A stretch of 64,000 nucleotides of DNA, taken from NCBI GenBank assembly GCA_010015805.1, contig ML978127.1, positions 1,674,001 through 1,738,000 on the forward strand, written 5' to 3'. A program made the translations under genes and the position numbers. The notes below the pieces were generated by a model, which searched no databases, had not been told where the DNA came from, and saw only the letters and a list, made by a program, of their open reading frames with translations. The DNA is from Rhizodiscina lignyota. Taxonomy: Eukaryota. This document shows, in pieces, positions 1-11,332 of this stretch. Numbering within the stretch: position 1 is the first letter of the stretch; every line of letters starts with the position of its first letter.

Positions 1-54
1 GACACCCCCACCACTGCCCATCCCCCTATCAGCGGGTATACCTCCGCAACCACG

Positions 55-3000
55 ATGCAGCGTCCTCCGCATCGATTTACATCCAACTCAGCGGCCACCT
101 CGCCTCGCACAAATCCATTGCGCAGTAACAACAACCGGGATCGTGACGATCCAGCATACAGCCTAGAGAAAACAATGTCGAGCGGCACAGGAAGGAGCTC
201 TGATGATGTGAGCAGCGGAGCTGGCAGCGAGGAGGTGAGCCAGACGTTGGATGAGAAGATGGCAGAAGAGCAGAAGGGCAGACAGAGGCTCAACAACATC
301 ATCCAGCAATTTTACATCAAAGGCGCTCTTGTTATTGTCGGCGCCAGACACACTCTACGGCCATGGGTGAAAAACAACGTGGTGAAGCAGAACAAATGGG
401 TAAGTCTCCCCGTCCCATCTCATACTCGCTCATCCGACATCCATTTCATTCTACATCACTAACGTTTTAACAGTTCAATGTTGTCCTAAATGACAGCGAA
501 GAGCTCCTTGAGCCGCTATCCCACTGGAGAAGCCTTGACGTCCTCGATGATCGGCCTTCACCGATGGTTATCGAAGTGTACCTGGATCTCAATGACCTCA
601 CACCAAGCCAAACGCTTGTCATACTGGATAAGGACGGTCAGCGATGGGATGTTGCGGAATCTCTCAACCGTCTGGTGGGATACAATTCGAGACCATCTGC
701 TACCAGCAGGAAGGAGATTGTCTTGGAGCGTTGGCGAGTCGAGCTTGGTCAAGCTTCCGCTGCGGTACCTTCAGAGGCGTGGTATGATCTGCCAAATGCT
801 TACAAGAAGGCTGTAGTGCTCTTCAGGAGCCTCTTCACACATACTCGCATTCTACCTACCTGGAAGTATTTTAGGCGGATTGCCAAGAATCCTCCACATA
901 GCCCTGCGCTCAAGTTGAAGTATCGCATCTCTAATGGCGACATCGCACCTAACACGAGAGACACTCTGGATCTATCTCTTGTTCCTGAACCGGGAAGCGT
1001 GACATCGCGATATGTCTTCGAGCCAAGCCTTTCACCCGTCGGCCCGTTCTGCATTTCTGTGGAATATAGAGAAAACTGCGATTTCCGTGTGGACGATTCC
1101 GAATCCCTCCTGAGCTCCCATTTTATGGCCTCGGATGACAAGTATTTCCGGCCGTCATTGTCACCTCAACGCGGGTCGCGCAATGACAAGGATCACGTGC
1201 CTGGCTCTCTACCAACACGCAGAAACTTTGTTGAAGAACAAGCCGACCAGGGACACGCGTACGGCAGCATGTCAACATTCCACGCGGTTGGCCAACCCAG
1301 CACTAGTCCAATCTCTGCAATTCGGAACGCACACTGGCCTGGAGTAGACCCATCGCCGTCAACATCACCACCACAGAAGCTGCCACCGAATCATCGTATG
1401 GCGCAAGGTTCTAAATCTTCTCTCCGCTCGGTGGAAGGAGGCGCGCTACCTTACCAGCGTCGCACTTCTGTCTCCTTCCAGCCTTTCAAGGCGGGAAGCC
1501 TCGCATCTTCTCCAGCTTCTGGAGCGATGCACATGCCTGTCCCACCTTCACCATCCAGCTCTTCACTCGGACGTGATCGCCCTTCCAGTCTGTCTCCCCT
1601 CGCTCAAGGTGCTACTGGTACGTCTTTGCCTGCTCAGCACGCGCGCAATCGAAACTCCCTTACTACTCTCCCACAGCAAGCTCTTCGTGCGCCTGTGAAT
1701 ATTCCAAACGAGACGGCCATTGCGTCTTCTGCATCAAGCTCTCCAAAGCCAGCTCCAATCTCCAGATACAGCAGCTCCTTCTCAAACCGTCGCAACCGCT
1801 TTTCATCAGCTTCTGCTGGCACGGGAACAGGGGGATCAAATTCACGCACTGAAGATGGGGACCCGTCTGGCGGAAACAACTCCAGTGGCAAAGGCAGTGT
1901 CTCAAGCTCTACACGTGCTGACACGAGCACACCGGACGTTGTATCTGGTGGTGCTGGCGCAGGCGGAGGTAGCTCTGGTAGCGTACAGGCGGATGATGAC
2001 AATCTTAAAGACTTTATCAAGCTACTGGAACAGAAGAAAGAGCTCAAGAGCTTCAACCGAACAGATGAGCGAGTCAAAGAGGCAAACATCACACGCACGA
2101 CTGCTCAGCTTTCGAAGTACCAACGTATGCGCGACAGCAACGCCGCTCTGAGCGATAGCCTCAGCTCCAGCCTTCTACTGCACCGCAGCTCCAGCAGCAG
2201 CTCTCGTCAACTCAGTGCTGTCCCGCCAATGATCGCAGATCGTGGTGGCAGCTTCGAAAGCTCAAGCCCAGGGAAGCCGATCAGCCCTCACACGCCGCAT
2301 ACCCCTGCCATACCATCTCGACTCTCTGCTGGAAGTGTAATCGACTACAGCGATGTGCGCAGATCACGTTCAGGCGCCCGATCCGCTCCACGTTCATCCG
2401 GAAGGGACCGCGCAGACTTGGGTGTAGAGACAGATATGGATACGGCAGTGCCTGGAGCATCTGGTATGGAGCGCACAGGTAGCAACGCCATTCCCATTCC
2501 AACTTCTCCACGCGCATGGCCCTACGTGCGACGGAGCAGTTCCGTTGCACAGCAACAGAGACAACAAGCCATCGATGATCCAGACGTTGATCTATACGGT
2601 ATGCGCAGTGCCAGTTTACCCAATGACGATAGCCAAGGCATCAGCATGAGCGAATTAGTCCGCATGACCCAGGAGCCTGGAAACGTGATCCCTGCCGCCG
2701 GTGCACTACTTGAGACTGGCAGTGCTGCGGACTCTGGCGATGACCCTGCCGTAGCGCTTGCTCCGTATGCAACCGGTGATGCTACTGCAGACACTCTTTC
2801 ATACCGGCCGCGCACGAGCGGAGACCGATATTCACAACGAGGCAGATGGCGCATCCCTCCAAGCCATACAGCAGGCAGTTCTGCATCCAGCTCAACAGCG
2901 CATCCGGCCAGCGCACCTGGACCTGGATCGATGTCGTCGACTTCAAGAGGTTCACGGAACAGCTTTGGCTCGAGAGGTGCAGCAGTTACGAGGGACAGAG

Positions 3001-3134
3001 ATGAGGATGATGAGCCGTTGCTTTTCACGATGAGCGAACTCGGAGCGCAAAGTAGGAAGAGCCTTGAAGATGCTAGAGGTGGTTCGAGTTCTAGTGGTAC
3101 CGGAAGAGCAAGAGGTGGAAGTGGGTGGCAGTGA
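55..3134 (+). CDS. ATG13: Autophagy-related protein 13 (N-terminal HORMA domain, long disordered Ser-rich C-terminus)
   Basis: Exons 55-399 and 474-3134, intron 400-473 (GTAAGT...CTAAC...CAG). The spliced sequence reads 'IIQQFYIKGALVI...NKWFNVVL...PMVIEVYLD...EIVLERW...YKKAVVLFRSLFTHTRILPTWK', typical of the fungal Atg13 HORMA domain, and ends with a 'DEPLLFTMSEL' motif. Confidence 0.93.
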
Positions 3135-4278
3135 CCTTGGGGGAGACTGGTGGCTATTAGCATGTGCAAAATTGGAAGAAGACGTAACGTTTCACTTTTT
3201 TTCACTTTCCTGCTGTTTTCGGTATTATTCGCCTTTTGGCATTTCGCATTACGGAGTACAACGACGAGCATCACTCCATACAAGGCATGGCGCATGGACG
3301 GTTCTCTTTTCTAGCCTTCACTTCAGGTTTTTGGATACGGCGAAACGCGCGCACACATCAAGGCAACGAGCATTCAAGATTCGGCGGCGATTGTTGTGAA
3401 ATAGTTTGAACCGTTTTTAAAGATACCTATCGGAGCCATCCTGAGGACAGAGTTGGCGTCACAGATGGGGGACGGGCAATTGGCGCTTCTGGAAGGATGG
3501 ACACAGCATCAGACATCATTGTTTATAGTAGTGTTGGCATTGTGACCTTTGGTATAGATCGAATTGATCACGTCTAAACTAAGTCTCTGCTGGCAGTTGT
3601 CGCACTGTAACTGCCATTGTTCACGGCGTGAAGCCGGATGCAAAGCGCGGAATTGTGGTGGACTCACCTGCCGGCAGTCCAAACCGAGCGGAGCGCTGGT
3701 GGGAGGAGCACAGCAAATCGCTCTGGCCACTTCCGAGCATCCAGAAGGCATTTCAATTCGGATATTTCTCGCTCCAACTCTCGTTCTGTGGTGCTGTAGC
3801 ACGATAGATATATCAGTGGGCACTAATCTGCGCGGGCGCACATGCTGAGGTGGACAACACGTGCCGCATACGGTGAAGATATCCTCGGAAGGTGTTGCCC
3901 TGCTCGGAACACCGTTTGCCCATTTTCCTGCGGCAGGCATCACCGACCTCTGCACTGCCGGCGCTCCAATCCGCACGCCTGCATTTCGAGCTTACACTAG
4001 GTAGAGCCCTCCATCACAACTCCCGATAGTACTTTTCCTCCTCCACCTTCCAATCCCCACAACACGCTCCTCAATTCCTTCGCACGACCCGCACCACATC
4101 TGCGCTGTCAAGTCAGCACCGAGGCTCAGCGAACACACCTAATCCTCTCGGCTGAGTCAATCAGGGCCCGCGCTCACTCCACCTGTCACCTCTTGCACGA
4201 GCTAGAATCGGACCGCGATTACGACCGCCTATCTACCACCAATTCCGCAACGTCGGTGTCGAAATAGCAGAACGCACA

Positions 4279-4955
4279 ATGGCAGACGGCAAGGAGTTCA
4301 CGTACGAGGAGGTTTCGGGGCACAGCAGCAAGAAGGACCTCTACCTTGTCATACACGACAAGATCTACAACGCGAGCAGCTTCATCGATGAGCATCCGTA
4401 TGTGCTAAGCTCCTCCTTCCACACCTTAAATGTGTCCTCTAATTTACTTGCAATTTTTGGTCGTAATCTGTCTAAGGTGTAGAGCTTTGGAGGCCTGGAA
4501 TAGTTTCTTTTACCTCTACATCCTGTGGTGTGTTACTAACAATGCATTTTCTCCAACAGCGGCGGCGAAGAAGTCCTCCTCGACGTTGGCGGCCAGGACG
4601 CAACCGAAGCATTCGAAGATGTCGGCCACAGCGACGAAGCCCGTGAGATCCTCACCGGTCTGCTCGTCGGCAAGCTAAAGCGCAAGGTATATTCTCTTCT
4701 GCCTTCCCCCACAGTTCACAGATACTCTCACTACTCGCTAGAATACATGGATACAGATGAGACGGTATTGACTTTGGTGTCTAGCCCGGTGACCCGCAGC
4801 CGCGCGACCTCGATTCGCAGTTGAAGTCCGGTTCTGGATCCAAGCCCGCAACCGATGGCGCAGGAATGGGTGTCATGCTCTACGTCGTCGTGCTGGTCGG
4901 CGCGGCACTGGCGTTCGGCGCGTACAAGTACATGGAGACGCAGAAGGACAAATAA
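4279..4955 (+). CDS. CYB5: Cytochrome b5 with C-terminal tail anchor
   Basis: Exons 4279-4397, 4560-4686, 4785-4955. The heme-binding 'FIDEHPGGEEVL' motif spans intron 1, followed by '[15 protein letters not shown]' and a hydrophobic C-terminus '[21 protein letters not shown]'. Confidence 0.95.
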
Positions 4956-5609
4956 GCAAGCTCTCAGCGACGTCGGGGCAAGCGGGAGCGGGGAAGTCGA
5001 GGCGGAGATGAGGTCGTCGTTCGTCCTCGTTCAACGGCCGGTGCGGAGCGGGAGTTAGATTTGGGCAATCCACATGTCAGCACCACGGATGCAGCCATTG
5101 CATTTTGCTTAGAGATATTTGGTTTGAAGATTCGTCGGTGGCAGATGCGCTTTAGATCGGTGCGGCTTTGGCCAAATAATGCCCATTGCAATTGCCAAAG
5201 TGCGGTAGATACTTTACTGGCAGCTAATGCATCACCATATAGGATCTCTCTTTCGCTCTCTTCGGTTTTGATTTTTGATTTCAGTGCGGAGTTTCCTGAA
5301 GAAGTCGCACGGACTAGGTTTTGCCTAGTTTAGGAGCTGACCTAATGGCTTTAGATACAGCAGCCAGTCTTCGCATCTGCGATAAGATTCCATCATTTCC
5401 ACACTCAGATAACCATTCAAGTTAGCTCTGCACCCTTCATTATTGGTGTTCATTCACATTTGTCAACCATTCCGTGTTGCAAAGCTGTCAAGCATCTTGA
5501 GACTCTTGTCCTCTATCTGCTCCAGTCACTCACACGGCTGACTAATAATCGAAACCGTCCCTGTCCCTTTTGTAGATGCCGCTGTAAAAGCGATGACTGT
5601 GCTCGTGCT

Positions 5610-6466
5610 TCAGCACTTCAGACAGAGGGCGCTTCTGATCATCGTCTGTGATGTAGTCGCTAAGAACTGGCTCCTGTGGCGCACGACCGATTCGGTCGGA
5701 GGAGACTCCGGAGAGCCGTCTTTTGGTGTCTTCGCGCGCCTTTTTCGGTCTTCCCCCTCATACGCATGGACTGCATCAATGAACTCAACAATCTTGTCGG
5801 GGTCGATGCGGCCGCTGTGGTTAAACCATGCCTTCACCATGAGGCCCAACCGGTTTGAATCCCACGTGAAACGCGTCGGAGCGAGCGACGGGAGATCAAG
5901 CATACCCTCCATGCACATGAGATGATAGTATTCTTTCTTCGGTCCAGGCGGCCAACTTTCCTCCCTAGGAGCTTCCACCAAGACGCGGTAGCGCTCCACG
6001 ATGCGTGGGCCTTTGTCGGCGAGCAGACAGTCTTCGTAAGCATAACAACGAGCGCGGCCTCCGGAGTCTTCGAGGAACATATTGATTGCTGGGTTATCCT
6101 CGAGCTCTGAGAGCAGTTTCTGGCCGTTCTCCACAAGTCGCTGCTCTTTTGTCAAGCTTGTACGCCTTTCTTCCTCTTGGTGACGTTCCTCCGCCTCTCT
6201 GTCCCACCGCTTCCTGCTCTCTTCCATCTCTTTGTCTCGCATCTTCCGGTACTCTTGACCCTCTGCAGTCTCATACCAGTCTCTTCTACGTTGGAGAAAA
6301 TCCTCAATGCTCTCACGATGCTTCCTGCGGGGCATCTGGGCGCCGATCGGGGCTGATGTCGACGTCTGTGGTGACGCGGACCGTTGGCGCTTTATTCCTG
6401 CAGCGATGTGCTCACTGGCTTCCTCTTCATGAGGAGCCATTGAGTTGGAGGGCTCTGAATTAGCCA
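5610..6466 (-). CDS. Uncharacterised fungal protein; 3' end possibly frameshifted (alternative end 5542)
   Basis: 337-codon ORF; the likely start is 'MANSEPSNSM' near 6466. It has a charged coiled-coil N-half and a Cys/His-containing segment 'ARC...C...YYHLMCMEGM'. No family name assignable. Confidence 0.6.
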
Positions 6467-6875
6467 TCTCATAAGATTTCAATTGGATGATTTTGGATGT
6501 TGGGTGAAGTTGAGTTGTCGAAAGATCCCTGGGTTTTAAGTGTTGCCTGAAGCGACTGCTCGAATGCCCATCGCTCCTTCCTCCATAGGAGGCGCCGAGC
6601 GGCGGCCTTTGAGCATGCAGCAACGCAAAGTGGCACTCAAGAATAATTGAGTATTCACTAAAGAGACAGTAATGAAGGATCGTCTACGTCAAATAATGCG
6701 GGGGCCGTGAGACGAGAAGCATTTGAAGAATGTCGCTCCATTCTCATACGCGTAGAGAGTTGCCAGAAGCCCTCTTAAGACCGCATTCGTCATAAAGTAC
6801 CTCCATCACCTGCTGACGAGTTTCGGACTATCTCTCTGATTTCTTCACTGTATTCTCTATCGTGTCCACTCTGCT

Positions 6876-8450
6876 TCAATCATCTCGCACCTTCTCGAAC
6901 CATATAAGATCGTCTCGCATATCCTCTGAAAGAGCGACACCAAAGCTTATCATACCTTTACCGTCATCCGGTAACTGAAATTGAGCCTTCAGACTGTCGT
7001 AGATGTTTTCTCCGACATAATGATATTCCGCTGTGAACCGCGTATCGGAGGTGTGCTCCAGATAGAGTTTAAACGGAAAAGTTCTATCAGTGCAATCTGC
7101 AATTAATCTATCCCCCTCAGCTAGGAGGGTGATGGTGCGATACCCAGGATTGTGATAAGTGCCAGCAAGGTCGAGTAGCGGTAATGGTAGCGGAAGGCTG
7201 TCTTTTGGATCCACGTGCCACGGGTTCGGCTCTTCGTCTTCGTTCTGTCTCTCACTTTTTCTCTTCTGCAGAACCTCGCTCCAATTCAACCTGTCTTTCT
7301 CTGCAACTCCCAAGACTTCGTCAATCAACGTATTACGCACGACCTCAGCAACATCATCAGCTCCAGTTCCGTTTCCAAATATAACAACGCCCCAGTTCCA
7401 ATCCGGGAAATAGCATATTTTGCTTTCATATCCACTCACACATCCATCATGACCGATCAAAGTGTGACTATGATATGTCTGGACCTCCAATCCTAGGGCA
7501 TACAGCTCATGGCTGAACAATTTCTTGTCATCGCTTCGGGCTTCTCGACCGGGATTGCAGATGGTACGAGGTTTGATGAGCTCTTTGTGGGCATTTTCAG
7601 AGAGCGGAGGGACTCGGTGCATCATACACCTTACCCACTTTGCGTAATCTGAGACGCAGCTGAATACGTCGCCTGCACCTTGGCCTTCATACTGACGCCA
7701 CCATGGCAACTCGACGTACATACCTGTCTCCTTGTCCCATCGATAGCCCCTCGAAAGTCTCTCGGTGAGGTTGCGCTCTTCGACACTACGCACTTGGAGA
7801 TGAGTATTTTCCATTCCCAATGGGCCCCACAATCGCGTTTCCAGGAAGGAACGGAAAGAGGTTCCGGTGAGGACCTCAACAAGATGGCTCGCTACAGTGA
7901 ACATAATATTCGAGTATTGGTATTCTGTTCTCATTGACTTGTTGACGGGAAGATGCCTCAAGAGCCTCGTTACACTTCTTGGGGTGTCAGGATTCGCTGC
8001 AGTTTCGCCCATGAGAGCGTCGTCATGACCCGGAAGGCCAGTACGATGACTTAGAATATCTTCGATCGTCAGCTCCTCTGTGTACCTTGCATCCGACATG
8101 ACAAAATCGTCCGGCAAGAGGCGGGACACCGGCGTCTCCCATTTGACGTCTGGAAAATGCGTATCATCGTCGACCAACAAAGCTAGTGCAGCTGAAGTGA
8201 ATGATTTCGAAGTACTGGCGCAATCGAAGAGTGTGACGTCGGTTATGGGGGTTGACGGGAGAGCGGCGAGCCCGAAGTTCTGTTACACGTCAGCCCTCGA
8301 TAGCAGCAGGCAATGTTCTGTGCGTCTAACCCGAACTGAGATCTCGTCATTGTCTATAACAGCGATCGCTAGGCCCGGAACTCTGCAGGCCTTAAGTGTA
8401 TCATCAACGAGATTTTTGAACTCGGGAGTGTTGAAGAACTGGGGCCGCAT
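6876..8450 (-). CDS. Beta-lactamase/penicillin-binding-protein family serine hydrolase (AmpC-like)
   Basis: Exons 8450-8331 and 8279-6876, 51-nt intron 8330-8280. SxxK 'ASTSKSF', YxN 'YQYSN' and HxG 'GHDG' motifs, plus 'DILSHRTGLP'. Confidence 0.9.
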
Positions 8451-8950
8451 GTTGCAGTGAATTCCAAATCGCAAATTAACAGTGTGATATGAGAGCAGAT
8501 GCTGATGTCGGAGAGAGTCTTATAAAGGTGAAAGGAACTGCTACTAGGCACCGAAGGTGTCGCTTTTGGTCCTTAAGCGACGCGGTCTCGAACGACTATG
8601 CTACATATAGACACAGCTGAGAACTATTTCCGCAGGATCAGGGCCTGTCCGTTGTCTCGGGTGCATAGTACTGGGCCTTTTGGCTCTTTGAAAAGCTCAG
8701 TGAGTCAGTGGTCATCGAAGGTGCCCTACGGAGAGTAACATGCATACATACATGTAGCTGAATGTGGCTTACTAATCAACTCAACTCGGACATGTCGACA
8801 TTGATGAAGTGCAGATAATGCTCATCGCTGAATGAAAAACAAAATTTGGTTGGTTTGGACGCTTGTATGTGAGTCCGCTGTATAGTTGGTGCTTTGATGT
8901 ATTTGATACTGAGGTTACGCATGTGGTCGTCGGGTCTAACATTTCTTTAT

Positions 8951-9448
8951 CTAACTTGCCTTAAGCCGAAGAATGCTGAGCATCGTCCCAGCTTCATTAT
9001 TCTTCGTGATGATGATTGCTTCATCTAATCCGTACGTTTTTACATCTCCCCAATCGTGATTCCGCTTCCTGGAGAGCCTTATCTTCCTCAAGAGTAGTTC
9101 CTTCGTTGCTTCAAGCTCCTCCTGGCACCTCCGCAAATCTCCTTGCAAATCAGATATTGAGAGAATTGCTTATCGTGAGTGCACTGTATAGTATAGGTGT
9201 GTAGCCAATTATTCCTTGTCTCGTACTGAAGTGTCTCGAATCATCTCGCAGCACCGCAGTTGGAATTTGGAGTCTTGTGTGCGGAAAGGTTCGGTGAAGA
9301 GGATTTGCTGTGGAGCATGTCGTGGGTAGTTGGTAGTTAGCACGGCTGCTATAAGCGCGTTGCGCTCGTAATTATTATCTCTGATCGGTAGCGCCACCTT
9401 CGTTGAGAGTGCTGTCGATGTCCGTGTCTATATCGGCGTCGATTCCAT
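8951..9448 (-). pseudogene. Degenerate reading frame interrupted by three in-frame stops (RIP-like relic)
   Basis: ORF fragments 9428..9637, 9209..9397 and 8951..9148 are all in one frame. From ATG 9448 the frame is broken only by TAG (9430-9428), TAA (9211-9209) and TAA (9172-9170), each one C->T change from CAG/CAA. Confidence 0.4.
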
Positions 9449-9635
9449 GAGCGCAAAAGTAGGTGAAGCCAAGTCAAGCCATGCTGTAATCCTGTTTATG
9501 GTTGAAGAAAGGGAAAGCTGTGGTTGAAGAAAATCACTGAAAGGGCCGGCAAGTTGAAAATATGTTAAAAAGAAATATAAATTCTGGCGCATATGATGTG
9601 TTCGGTAAATAGAAGAATAACGAGAAAAAAATGGC

Positions 9636-9769
9636 AAAAAGGAAATAGGTTCTATCCCCGCGGGATTCGAACCTATTCCCCATACCTAACAGCCCTAACT
9701 ATATCCGGTATAGCTAGCGGTGTTCAGGAGGAAGAATGCTCCAGGGCGTGACCGCCGAGCTATTCCACC
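9636..9769 (-). ncRNA. tRNA-like RNA polymerase III element (tRNA pseudogene, SINE head or novel ncRNA)
   Basis: Minus strand: A-box TAGCTCGGCGG, D-stem GCTC/GAGC, intron-like hairpin CTAGCTATA-CCGGA-TATAGTTAG, B-box GGTTCGAATCC and oligo-T terminator (TTTTT then TTTTTTT). The acceptor and T stems do not pair canonically. Confidence 0.6.
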
Positions 9770-11332
9770 TTTTCGATCCATTAGCTGTAAATTAATATTT
9801 TGTATAAATATGCATAGTTCCTTCGACCGGTTTAATCTGCCACTTGGCCCTTGATTACACTCGTATCAAATAATCAATTCGACTGATTGATTTGATTGAA
9901 TTTTGCACTTAGTTGACAATCTCAACTGTAATCGGCTTGGTAGAGTGTTCTATACAAAATTTAGCCGTGCACATCATGTATAAAGGATAGAACTGACCGT
10001 CTTTTCTTTTCGCGTTTCTTTCCTTCCTTCTTCGTTTGTTCCCCTTCCACTTAAACAACTCCTTCACCTGCTCCTCTTTCCCATCCATCCTATTCCTGGC
10101 TTCGCGTTCTAAGTAGTACATCCTTCCAGCGAGCTCCACCACGAACTTTCCTTTTGTCGCCCAACCACGTAGTTGCAGGCGCTATTTGTTAGGTAATCTC
10201 TTCTGCTCTTAAAAGCTGGGAGTCGAGCAAGTACGCGCGCCCTGATCAGCCTCATCGATGCACAAAACACTTAACGCCCATTCTTTCGACGTTGTACCCG
10301 TTATGGCAAGTTTGTTGATATTCGACTTCCTTCTGCCCGCTCTTTCATCTCTACTTCCTTCTTTCTTCAATGTTTGCCTCCAGATAATTACAAGATCTGC
10401 TTTTGCTCCACCTCTGAACTTGTCTTTTTAACATTATATACTCGGAGATTGTATTAATGAGAAGACCTTGTGAGATCAAACATGAGATAGTCATTGACGA
10501 AAGCTAATGGAACTTGTTTCAGATGTTGATGATCAAGTTGTGCACCAATCATGGTTCGCAACCAATACTGGTGAGACGTCGCTCCGTAGGAGGGAGAAGC
10601 TGGAAGAACGATGCCGTAGGAGAGGGCAGCATGGGACTTCACAAAACATTGAACTGAGTTCGCAGAGTCTGTGCGAAGCTCGTCGTTTCGCTCGAATGGA
10701 GTGAATACGGTGGCGCACGGTTTGCCATGTCTCTCGTGGCCTCAGATGCCCGCAGCGTATATTCCACGTTCATAGGCCTTCTTTGAGGGAAAGAGAGCGA
10801 AACGAGATATATTCGCAGAGACTGGATACATTGATGTCCATTTTCATCTTCATAGAGACGCAGAGACGAACAGTGCAGTCCGTTTTAAGGCTCTGAGAGC
10901 TCAGGGGAAAGAATGCTGATTCGTCATCTCGGACCCACTTGCTCCTTCCGAGGAACGCCACAGATGAATCTGATAAAGCGCAGCTCTCTCATCCTTACAC
11001 ACTTCTTATGTTATGGCTTTTCAGTGTTTTCAGACACATCTATTTCGGCCGAAAACATCGATAGAGTCTCTACTATGTTCCGTGTTACCAGGGAAAATAC
11101 GACGTCGTATTGTCCACACGATACCCTGCAATGAGCCGCCCGCCTCGGAACTTTTGTGCAGGGCGACGACGCGGCTCGGTAAGTATCGTTGCAACCCTTT
11201 GCTTTTGCCAGCAACAAACGTCTCTCCTCTTTTAAGTACTTCGTATACCCCAATCATATCACAATATATCTCCTATTATTCCCTCGCAGTTCGCTGAATT
11301 ATTCCACTCCAATTCTGTGCTACACTGTCAAA

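Noticed and set aside
3509..3976. 155-aa minus-strand ORF upstream of cytochrome b5
   Set aside because: Non-ATG start, no motifs and atypical composition; likely promoter/intergenic sequence.
9636..9769. Calling the 9.7-kb element a functional tRNA (Arg-CCT, Gly-TCC or Sec)
   Set aside because: The acceptor stem (GGTGGAA vs ATAGAACC) and T stem do not pair, there is no variable-loop spacing, and there is no TCA anticodon.
9909..10961. Three same-frame minus-strand ORFs (10961-10770, 10718-10533, 10142-9909) as one pseudogene
   Set aside because: The connecting sequence has many stops of mixed type and no recognisable motif; cannot be supported without a homology search.
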